From IMG/VR virus record IMGVR_UViG_3300007513_000003: DNA of 64,000 nucleotides, one strand, 5' to 3'. Position 1 is the stretch's first letter, and every line of letters starts with the position of its first letter. Positions 55,562 through 63,345 of the stretch are shown one piece after another. Under the pieces are notes generated by a model, which was not told the origin of the DNA, did not search any database, and was given only the letters and a program-made list of their open reading frames with translations. The translations under genes and the position numbers were made by a program. Source of the DNA: a virus (lineage: Duplodnaviria > Caudoviricetes).

Positions 55562-56041
55562 TTAAAAAACGCAATTATAATATAGTTGCGTTAAGTTGTC
55601 TTTTGCCTCTTGGGCATTCCAAACGTAGGTTTTAACTCTAGATTCTATAAAATCTACTTTAAACCAATCGCTTTCTTCAGCATAATACTTAATTTTTTCT
55701 TTGGATATTAATAATTTTTCAACTGCATTGCCATATTTTATATCGCTCTCGAGTACTTGCTTATATTTTACTTGATCACCATTATTATGAAAAACAGCCA
55801 GCATAATAGCAGCCTTTTTTGTGTATATATTTTTCTCGATAATTGAATAACCTTTGTTATATCCTTTCTTAAGAACATATCCATTTTGTGTTTTTCTAAT
55901 TCGAATATCGCCTACTTTTATGCCTTTATTAAGTTTTTTAATTTTTAAATAATGTAATCTTCCATGCTTTTCTAACTTCTCCATCATGTCGTCATACATG
56001 TCCGAAAAAGTCGCATCGATTTTTTTCTTAGATTGGTTCAT
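55562..56041 (-). CDS. hypothetical protein
   Basis: 159-aa ORF; TAAATA-N5-ATG. Confidence 0.65.
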   Translation of the reverse strand: MNQSKKKIDATFSDMYDDMMEKLEKHGRLHYLKIKKLNKGIKVGDIRIRKTQNGYVLKKGYNKGYSIIEKNIYTKKAAIMLAVFHNNGDQVKYKQVLESDIKYGNAVEKLLISKEKIKYYAEESDWFKVDFIESRVKTYVWNAQEAKDNLTQLYYNCVF

Positions 56042-56077
56042 ACTAATATTTAACCGTATACGGTTGTTTAAAAAATA

Positions 56078-56914
56078 TTATTGGTCAGCAATCATGTTAA
56101 CAATTGTTTTACCACGATTACCAACTTGATTGTACCACTTACTATTTTGTAGTTCTTTTGCGGCAGTTTTCCAATCACCTTTTTCGGCCGCCGCGGAAAA
56201 TTTTGGCCATGTCTTGTGCCAATTTGGACCCATATTATAAGCCAAATCAACCATCGCTTGTTTGCGTCTTTGGTCCGCTAAATTATAACCAGGTGTTGTT
56301 CTTGCACCCTTTACATGATGCTCAAAGTCTTTGTCAAACATTTCGTCTGCTTGTTGGTCTGTAATGCCTTTGGAAAAGTCTTCGCCAGGCTTAACTAAGT
56401 GTCCATAACCAATTGTGTCCTTGCCAACTGTGTCTTTATAAACTTTTAAGCGTTTGCCTTCGTGATGCTTAATCATACTCTTAAGAGCATTTACATCACC
56501 AAATTCTTTGTCATATGGATCTTGTTCGATTGTTTGTGTTATTTGTGTTTTTGTTTGTAGATCAGGCTGTGGTGTATTTTGATCAATTGAATGTATGCCA
56601 CTTGCCGCCAATGCTCCAGCGGCCGCAACACTGGCCGCAGTTTTTTTGAGATCTTCGTTCAATATATCTTTATATAATGACACTTTTATTTGAGACTCAT
56701 CTAGTTTAAAGTTGCGTATATACGCTATCTTACCTTCAACTTTTACACGTTTAAGAATATCCTTCTTAACTAAGCCATCAGCAATCCACTGCTCATGCTC
56801 ATTTAGATCTCTTTTAAATACTCTCTTATCAGTGTATTTTAACAAATAGTCACTCTCTTGTAAATTAACATAAACTAAACTTACGTCAGGATTCTGTATT
56901 TGTGCAAATCTCAT
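56078..56914 (-). CDS. GH24 (T4-type) lysozyme with long N-terminal extension
   Basis: IKHHEGKRLKVYKDTVGKDTIGYGHL, MVDLAYNMG, SKWYNQVGNRG. Confidence 0.88.
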   Translation of the reverse strand: MRFAQIQNPDVSLVYVNLQESDYLLKYTDKRVFKRDLNEHEQWIADGLVKKDILKRVKVEGKIAYIRNFKLDESQIKVSLYKDILNEDLKKTAASVAAAGALAASGIHSIDQNTPQPDLQTKTQITQTIEQDPYDKEFGDVNALKSMIKHHEGKRLKVYKDTVGKDTIGYGHLVKPGEDFSKGITDQQADEMFDKDFEHHVKGARTTPGYNLADQRRKQAMVDLAYNMGPNWHKTWPKFSAAAEKGDWKTAAKELQNSKWYNQVGNRGKTIVNMIADQ

Positions 56915-56923
56915 TTCTTTTTC

Positions 56924-57376
56924 CTAATTTATTTTGTTCAACTCATACTGCACCATGTCGCCTTGGTCTTCAACGTATGCGTTATAGCCTAACTGTCTAG
57001 CAAACTTTTGTACCATTCTAGAATAAAGGTTTGTTCTGCTTGGGTTGTCGCCTATATCTCCTTTTTCACCGGAAAAAAATATCATTTCGGGACTACGTTC
57101 TTTAATAAACTTTTTTATAGCGTGTAAAACTGTAGCAAATATTTTATAAGCATCGCCTTCACCTGATACATCTTGACTATGATTTCTATGAAACTCTACT
57201 TGATATTCCCCGTTCCCTTCATGATTGAACATAATAAGCAGTGGTGTGTCGTCAGGTAAGTTGGCAAATGCTCGCATGCCGCCATGGGGGCCCGGGCCCT
57301 GGAAGCCATCCGTTTCACCTGTCCATGATAGAGGATAAGGTTGGTCAAATGTTTCAAACAGTTCTGCTATTTTCAT
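56924..57376 (-). CDS. probable packaged protein (MKIAELFE leader)
   Basis: Leader motif; GDAYKIFATV, R..LYSRM. Confidence 0.6.
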   Translation of the reverse strand: MKIAELFETFDQPYPLSWTGETDGFQGPGPHGGMRAFANLPDDTPLLIMFNHEGNGEYQVEFHRNHSQDVSGEGDAYKIFATVLHAIKKFIKERSPEMIFFSGEKGDIGDNPSRTNLYSRMVQKFARQLGYNAYVEDQGDMVQYELNKIN

Positions 57377-57906
57377 TTCTTACCGCCTTTCATGTTAAAG
57401 TTCTCGCTTAGGTATTCGTCTAGAGCATCTTCACCAGTTGGACTAATTGCCCAAGCACCATCGCCACCATAAATTAAACCTGAGCCATCTAGTTCATCAT
57501 ATAATCTGCTCATAGCAGGTGTAAGACTGTGTGAATCTTCTTCAAAGTCCATACCTAATTCGTCTGCTGTGGCTATTGCTTTTAACAATAGCATGCCGCC
57601 GTGTCCTTTATTACGAAACTCTGGGAATATTTCTGCAAAGTTACGCACATTATCTTCGTTGCGTGTATGTGTATATTGTCCTGCGTGTTTACCGTCTACG
57701 TATAAATCTACAGTAAAACCATTTTTTTGTTTGGTTACGCGAAACTGCTTACCGTCAACAAAGCTTTCGTTTGTAAGTAATTTTGGCTTTCCGCTACCAA
57801 GTCCTAACTTTTTAACATTAGCATATTCGCTTCCAATTGGAGCGTCTTTTGTGGCATTTTGTTTTGTAATAATGCCTACTGCTTCAGTTAATTCTGCAAT
57901 TTTCAT
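57373..57906 (-). CDS. GNAT-like acetyltransferase with MKIAELTE leader
   Basis: IFPEFRNKGHGGMLL resembles acetyl-CoA binding motif A; AMSRLY. Confidence 0.55.
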   Translation of the reverse strand: MKIAELTEAVGIITKQNATKDAPIGSEYANVKKLGLGSGKPKLLTNESFVDGKQFRVTKQKNGFTVDLYVDGKHAGQYTHTRNEDNVRNFAEIFPEFRNKGHGGMLLLKAIATADELGMDFEEDSHSLTPAMSRLYDELDGSGLIYGGDGAWAISPTGEDALDEYLSENFNMKGGKK

Positions 57907-57913
57907 ACTGTAT

Positions 57914-58504
57914 TTATAGGTTATTGTTAGCTAACCAAGCAGTATATATACTCCGATAATAACTTTCTATCTCAATAACATCTAACAACTTTCCATTAAC
58001 TATATCTTCTAGTTTAATAATATTATCAGTGTGCTGTTTAATTAGGTGAGAGAAATGTATATACATTTCTGCATATTGTTTTATAGTTGTAGCGTCACAT
58101 ACTTGGGTCATTTCTTCCCACGTGTGGGGGCGATGTAACTGTTTAAATCGCTCTGCGGCCCACATTGCTATGTCAAAGTCATCGACAGTAATACCTATGA
58201 AGTCGTGTTTTCGTTCAATATGGTAGGCCAAATCATGACTTGGAATACTACCATAATATTTTGCAATTTCTATTAGGTAATGATCTTTCTCACTATTATT
58301 TTTAAATAAATGGGGTTTTTTAAGTCTACTACGATCTTTTGATAACCTGATTCTATTAGAATCAGACCTGATTCTATTAGAATCAGACCTGATATCAGAC
58401 CTGATTCTATTCTTATTAATTTTGCCATTGCATGAATCATATAGCATAGTAATAAGATCACCGCATGATCCGCCCATGTAAACTATAAGGAATAAGTCTT
58501 TCAT
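57914..58504 (-). CDS. hypothetical protein (P-loop/sulfotransferase-like N-terminus) containing an in-frame palindromic repeat expansion
   Basis: MKDLFLIVYMGGSCGDLI; IKLEDIV. Confidence 0.5.
   Translation of the reverse strand: MKDLFLIVYMGGSCGDLITMLYDSCNGKINKNRIRSDIRSDSNRIRSDSNRIRLSKDRSRLKKPHLFKNNSEKDHYLIEIAKYYGSIPSHDLAYHIERKHDFIGITVDDFDIAMWAAERFKQLHRPHTWEEMTQVCDATTIKQYAEMYIHFSHLIKQHTDNIIKLEDIVNGKLLDVIEIESYYRSIYTAWLANNNL
58345..58411. repeat. palindromic 21-nt tandem repeat array
   Basis: ACCTGATTCTATTAGAATCAG x2, then ACCTGATATCAG and ACCTGATTCTATT. Confidence 0.9.
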
Positions 58505-58640
58505 TAATTGATTTATGATTGGGTGTGGCGTTTTGTTTTGTAACGAGTTCTGCTTTACCTTTACTATACTGCTCGTCATACCATTTACGTAAATTTTCTA
58601 GAATACGTAAATCTTCTGTAAGTAATTCGTTTATTAACAT
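58458..58640 (-). CDS. short leader-bearing ORF, possibly a truncated remnant
   Basis: MLINELLTED start; TKQNAT motif shared with 57373..57906; overlaps the downstream gene. Confidence 0.4.
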   Translation of the reverse strand: MLINELLTEDLRILENLRKWYDEQYSKGKAELVTKQNATPNHKSINERLIPYSLHGRIMR

Positions 58641-58649
58641 TATTTTTTC

Positions 58650-59156
58650 TTATTTATTGGTCAGACTAACACTTTCTACATTTAATGGAATATCACGTCT
58701 ATCTAATTTATTAATTTCTCTAGACTTTTCTCCGATTCCTCTTTCTTGTGCAAAACTAATCTTGGGCGTGCCATCTTGGTTGACGTCATCAATATAATAA
58801 TTTGCTATGAGAAACTCCTTGGTACTGGGATTGTCCGCACTAGGATCTTGTGTCGCGACTACGCGAGAAGGACTTTTAGATACTACAAACCAAAGCTCTG
58901 CCACGTCTGTTAATTTTGGTATTACCGTAAACTGTTGGCCCGGCACCATACCGCGCACTATTTGTTTTTGTTCCGCTTCCGACTTTTTCTTCATTAAAGT
59001 GGGGCCATTGGGATTATCTAGATCAATACGTTTATCTCTAAGATCTATACTAGTCTCTGTACTATCACCCGCATTAGAAGCCAGCGGCAAGGTTGTGCCT
59101 CGAACAGGTCCAGAAATTTGATATACTGCTTCTGTAAATAATTCTTCTAGCTTCAT
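58650..59156 (-). CDS. probable head-internal protein (MKLEELFTE leader)
   Basis: Leader motif. Confidence 0.6.
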   Translation of the reverse strand: MKLEELFTEAVYQISGPVRGTTLPLASNAGDSTETSIDLRDKRIDLDNPNGPTLMKKKSEAEQKQIVRGMVPGQQFTVIPKLTDVAELWFVVSKSPSRVVATQDPSADNPSTKEFLIANYYIDDVNQDGTPKISFAQERGIGEKSREINKLDRRDIPLNVESVSLTNK

Positions 59157-59434
59157 TTGGAGGCCTTATTTAACCGTTGTTTCATAATGCTTGCCGGATT
59201 AGTTCTTTTTGTTCTAGCAGATTTTCTCGCAATTCTTGCTCCTAACTTTGCTTTAGTCATACGTAATTTAAAACGCTTTTTGATATCTGGAGCCGCAAAA
59301 CATTGGGCAGGTTTGGACACAATGCGTCCTTTTCTTCTGCCGCCGGTGCAACGATACTTTCGAACTAATTTATTTCCTTGGCGTTGCCATGCCATTTTTG
59401 TTTCGTTTATGCCAAAGAGTTCTTCTAAATACAT
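59153..59434 (-). CDS. highly basic probable head-internal protein (MYLEELF leader)
   Basis: K/R-rich; KYRCTGGRRKGRIV. Confidence 0.65.
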   Translation of the reverse strand: MYLEELFGINETKMAWQRQGNKLVRKYRCTGGRRKGRIVSKPAQCFAAPDIKKRFKLRMTKAKLGARIARKSARTKRTNPASIMKQRLNKASK

Positions 59435-60663
59435 TATAATGTATTTAGTAATTTTGCTACGTCTTTTTCAATTACACTGTAAGATACGTTAGCAAGAACA
59501 AAACTAAAAAAATCACCATTATGGGCGCTGTCTCTTGCAAGAAGTTTAAGATGCATATTTGGAAGTTTGCAGTTAGAGTCAACGCCTTCAAAATAATCGT
59601 CGTATAATCCGCTAGTTATACCTTTATATATTTTCACCATTGCTTTTTTTAAATTTCTAGAATCATACCCAATAACATTTTTTTGTGTTTTAATTACTAA
59701 GTAATCCATCATAGCCTCTTCTTGGGCAATGACATTTATAAACGATCTGTTGTCTTTGTCTAAAACATATTCTCGTGTATTAATAAATTTAAGGTAATAC
59801 ATTAAATTCCGTATACCAGACGAACAGGTATACGCCTTGCATAATTCAGTAAATAACCCATTAAACTGTTGAAAATTAGCAAAGGAATAAAATATTATAT
59901 TGTTATATTCACACAAATCACGAACTATCGAAAAATTCTTACAAAAGTTTTGATATCGTGTTTGTATATCAAGACTACCGGTGTTTGCGTAATCTATAAC
60001 AGCCCTGTTGTAAATTGCTAAAAATTCTTCACCCGGCACCAATGTGTATGTGCCGTGTTCAATTACATTTTCAAATAAATCAATAAATTCAGAATTTATT
60101 GATAGTAACGAATTGATTCCTATATCATACCTTCTCCAGGCCGGAGGTACCCACAGCACAATATTTGGTTTTATAATATCAATTAATTGATATAATTGTA
60201 CTGTATTTAAATCTGAACTAGCACCAGGTGTACCAAGGTTAAAAACTTCAACGTCATTGGTATTAAATTGAGCAGATATTAATTTTTTGAGTTGTTCTGC
60301 CCAAGTGCTACTATCGTCTATTCCTAAACCAAATGCGTGACTGCATCCAATGGTTACTATTTTTAATTTTGCATCTGAATTAAAGCTAGGACCGCGATAT
60401 CCGTGTGCATTTAAGGTATACTTGACTGTTTTGCCTTTCCAATACGGATTTATTATTTTTTTATCGTACTCAAAAAAATCAAACTCATAAGTTCGTGAAG
60501 GATTTAATATATAATTATTATAAATCTCATAACCGTATATATTATTTGGACCTGAAAAGTCTTCACCTTCTGGAAATAACGGCGGTTTAGATAAAGCTGA
60601 TAATTCAGGATCCCAAAATCCCTTCGTCCACTTTGAAGTGCTACGATATTCTTCGTAATTCAT
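59434..60663 (-). CDS. SGNH hydrolase-like protein
   Basis: LNAHGYRG, TIGCSHAFG, NLGTPGAS, ARDSAHNG. Confidence 0.65.
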   Translation of the reverse strand: MNYEEYRSTSKWTKGFWDPELSALSKPPLFPEGEDFSGPNNIYGYEIYNNYILNPSRTYEFDFFEYDKKIINPYWKGKTVKYTLNAHGYRGPSFNSDAKLKIVTIGCSHAFGLGIDDSSTWAEQLKKLISAQFNTNDVEVFNLGTPGASSDLNTVQLYQLIDIIKPNIVLWVPPAWRRYDIGINSLLSINSEFIDLFENVIEHGTYTLVPGEEFLAIYNRAVIDYANTGSLDIQTRYQNFCKNFSIVRDLCEYNNIIFYSFANFQQFNGLFTELCKAYTCSSGIRNLMYYLKFINTREYVLDKDNRSFINVIAQEEAMMDYLVIKTQKNVIGYDSRNLKKAMVKIYKGITSGLYDDYFEGVDSNCKLPNMHLKLLARDSAHNGDFFSFVLANVSYSVIEKDVAKLLNTL

Positions 60664-60675
60664 ATACGATACTTA

Positions 60676-60924
60676 TTATTGAATGGTTAATAGATAGATC
60701 AATGCTGAAAATAGTGCGGTGATAATGGAGCCACTAAGGACCCACATAGATTTGTATTTGTTTTTTTCTTGGACTAGCAAGTTATGCCTAATCTCATCGA
60801 GTTGCTGTTCAATGACAGTCAAACGACTTTCGATTCGTTCCATATTCTCCTCCAGGTACCCGTATCTCTCTGAGCAAATCTCAACGTGTGCCTCAAGGCT
60901 CTGCCTTTCAATTTCTGATGGCAT
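60676..60924 (-). CDS. small coiled-coil protein with C-terminal TM
   Basis: IERQSLEAHVEICSERY. Confidence 0.65.
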   Translation of the reverse strand: MPSEIERQSLEAHVEICSERYGYLEENMERIESRLTVIEQQLDEIRHNLLVQEKNKYKSMWVLSGSIITALFSALIYLLTIQ

Positions 60925-61051
60925 AACAACTCCTAAAATGTGTAATAATGCCTACCGCCCGCCCTGTATTATATGTGCCTTTTATATGCCTCTTCATTTC
61001 GCCTAAAATGAGCCTAAGTCTTTGCCTAGTACTGTATTTACTCAAAAATTT

Positions 61052-61603
61052 CTAGAAATTAACTAATAGTTTATCGGAGGAAGTAATATAAATGTTTTTA
61101 ATTTTAGGGTTTAAAGCATTCCAAACGGGGGTTTTTATTTTAGCAGTTTCTGTTAAATTTAAAATAACTGGAACGTTTGTTAGATCTTTCATTAATCCAG
61201 ATGCAGGTATGGCTTCTTCGCCTCGCTCTAGATATAATCCAGGTTGTTCAACAGTAAAGGAAGTAGTCCAAAAAACATGTTTTCCTTTAAATGAAGATCC
61301 AAAATTTAAAGCTTTGATGTCGTCTACTGAATATTTTTGGGGTTTTTCGATATACATAGGATTGCCGCGTAAACTAATAGTTTGAATTAAAGTTTCTAAA
61401 TTACTTTGTTGTCCTCTACTTTTATTCCAAGACTTTTCATTATTAACCAATTGATTAATGTCATCTACAAAAGCAGGGGCGTCAGGTCTGTATTGTGCTA
61501 CAAGGCCAGTTTGTGATATATCAATTAAAGTATGTATTGTCAAAAACTCACCAACACCTGAACCAAATCTGCCGCCGGCGGCTAATCCTTTTTCTCTTGC
61601 CAT
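61052..61603 (-). CDS. hypothetical protein, probably virion-associated
   Basis: 183-aa ORF; late box upstream. Confidence 0.6.
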   Translation of the reverse strand: MAREKGLAAGGRFGSGVGEFLTIHTLIDISQTGLVAQYRPDAPAFVDDINQLVNNEKSWNKSRGQQSNLETLIQTISLRGNPMYIEKPQKYSVDDIKALNFGSSFKGKHVFWTTSFTVEQPGLYLERGEEAIPASGLMKDLTNVPVILNLTETAKIKTPVWNALNPKIKNIYITSSDKLLVNF

Positions 61604-61661
61604 TTGTATACCTATAATATGCTACTATTATATTTAGTATAGATTATTTAGCCAAATAAAA

Positions 61662-61683
61662 AGCGGAATGTTACCATTCCGCT
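61662..61683. terminator. intrinsic terminator
   Basis: AGCGGAATG-TTAC-CATTCCGCT flanked by A and T tracts. Confidence 0.75.
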
Positions 61684-61706
61684 GTTTTATTATATAATAT
61701 ATTAAA

Positions 61707-62078
61707 TTATAGAACGTATGTTTTTGCTGTTACTGTTGCTGATGCAAAGTTTACAGAATCAACTGTACCCAAAGCAATTAAAACATCTTCTAAGTGAGCG
61801 GCCAATGTTTCACTGGCTGAGCCATCATATGTGTCTGTACCGTATTCACCCTCGACACAAACTGAAATATTGTTGTCTGCACTATGTAGTGCGCCAATAA
61901 TTACAATGTTAAAGCCTGCGCCTTGAATTGCATCCATGGCGGCTGCTACTGCTGATGTTGGGCCTAGCTTTCCTGAAACATCTGCGCCAAAATCAATATC
62001 TAAGTGTGCTAATGTTTTACCTAGAAAATTGGTGCTAAGACCAAATGATGCAGGTACTGTTCTTGTTACTGAAGCCAT
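61707..62078 (-). CDS. probable capsid decoration/structural protein
   Basis: Own late box, AGGAG SD and terminator; Ala/Gly/Thr-rich. Confidence 0.55.
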   Translation of the reverse strand: MASVTRTVPASFGLSTNFLGKTLAHLDIDFGADVSGKLGPTSAVAAAMDAIQGAGFNIVIIGALHSADNNISVCVEGEYGTDTYDGSASETLAAHLEDVLIALGTVDSVNFASATVTAKTYVL

Positions 62079-62135
62079 TTTAAATCTCCTAATCTAGCGT
62101 TGTTATCTTTATTTATATACAAAAATACAAAATAA

Positions 62136-62163
62136 AAAAGCGGGATATTTCTATCCCGCTTTT
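62136..62163. terminator. bidirectional intrinsic terminator
   Basis: AAAAGCGGGATA-TTTC-TATCCCGCTTTT. Confidence 0.85.
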
Positions 62164-62216
62164 CTTGGAATCATTTGTTTCTAGCAATGCTAAAAACTGT
62201 GATTTTACGCTAATAA

Positions 62217-62546
62217 TTAAGCTAAGCTAACACCTGTGATTGTTTTGACACTTAGTGTTTGTGCGGCAATTGCGTCTAGACGTGCTTCTAGTGCTGTCCA
62301 TACTGCGCCTGAACCGGCTGCAATGTGAGCGTGTGCGCCTGAAAGACCTACTACGAAGCCAGCGGCTGTAACTGTGCCTACGAACTCAACTGTACCGTGC
62401 TGTGCAATTGCTTCTAGTGCTAGTTGTGCATCTGTATCTGTTGTAAAGTCGCCACCTGTTGAACATACCCATGTAATGTCACGAACACCTGCGTACTCTG
62501 AATTATCTTGTGCTGTTGAATAAGCTGGATTTGTATAACCTGCCAT
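62217..62546 (-). CDS. probable capsid decoration/structural protein
   Basis: Same cassette layout as 61707..62078 (late box, AGGAG SD, terminator). Confidence 0.55.
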   Translation of the reverse strand: MAGYTNPAYSTAQDNSEYAGVRDITWVCSTGGDFTTDTDAQLALEAIAQHGTVEFVGTVTAAGFVVGLSGAHAHIAAGSGAVWTALEARLDAIAAQTLSVKTITGVSLA

Positions 62547-62646
62547 TTTTCTAATCTCCTATATCTTGTAATGTATAGATTTCTCTATACCGTTAATATT
62601 ATTTATATCTAATTAGAAAAAATAAACTACGCTATTTCATTGCATA

Positions 62647-63345
62647 TTATTTATTGGCTAGCCACTTTCCTATTCCTTTGCCTACCACATAACCACCGGC
62701 TGTCGCTAGTGCAATTTTTGCTGGTGTACTAATGCCTGTTTTTTCTGGATCTTTAGCACTTTTATCTTCATATCCACCCTTACGCATAAATCCTTCATAT
62801 GGGCCGCGTAAATCACTTTTAGGTGTTTTGGCCCTCAATGCCTGTAACAATCTAGTAGTACCTTGCTTGCGCTCAGTACCATATAATCTATTCCAATCAC
62901 TTAACAATCTTCTTACAGCACTATACTGCCCATTTCTAATACCTAAATTACGCTCTAAACTCATTAAAAATTGTTTGTCGAAGTTCGGATTAGCCTTACC
63001 TTGTGCCACATCTCTGAGATACCTTTTAAATTGTAATAAAGGCATACTTGCCCTACCAACTGGGCCAATTTGATTTGCGTATCTTTCTGGATTACTAAAA
63101 ACAGCTACCCAGTTGTGTAAATCTGTTGCTGTTGATCTAATATTACTGAAATCTTGATATTGCAAAGTTTTTCTAGCATATTCTGATGCCTGCGCGGCTG
63201 TGCTGGGATCAAATCGCATTGCCTGCAATGATAATACCGTCAAGTAAATACTTTCTGCCACTTGTTCAGCACTAAGATTCAAACCACGCTGGGTGCGTAG
63301 TGCTCGTGCTTCTGTTAAATCTTTAATAAAACCCATCAACCCCAC
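62647..63345 (-). CDS. probable virion protein with FIKDLTEA leader and C-terminal Gly/Ala hydrophobic tail
   Basis: Leader motif; IALATAGGYVVGKGIG. Confidence 0.55.
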   Translation of the reverse strand: MGLMGFIKDLTEARALRTQRGLNLSAEQVAESIYLTVLSLQAMRFDPSTAAQASEYARKTLQYQDFSNIRSTATDLHNWVAVFSNPERYANQIGPVGRASMPLLQFKRYLRDVAQGKANPNFDKQFLMSLERNLGIRNGQYSAVRRLLSDWNRLYGTERKQGTTRLLQALRAKTPKSDLRGPYEGFMRKGGYEDKSAKDPEKTGISTPAKIALATAGGYVVGKGIGKWLANK

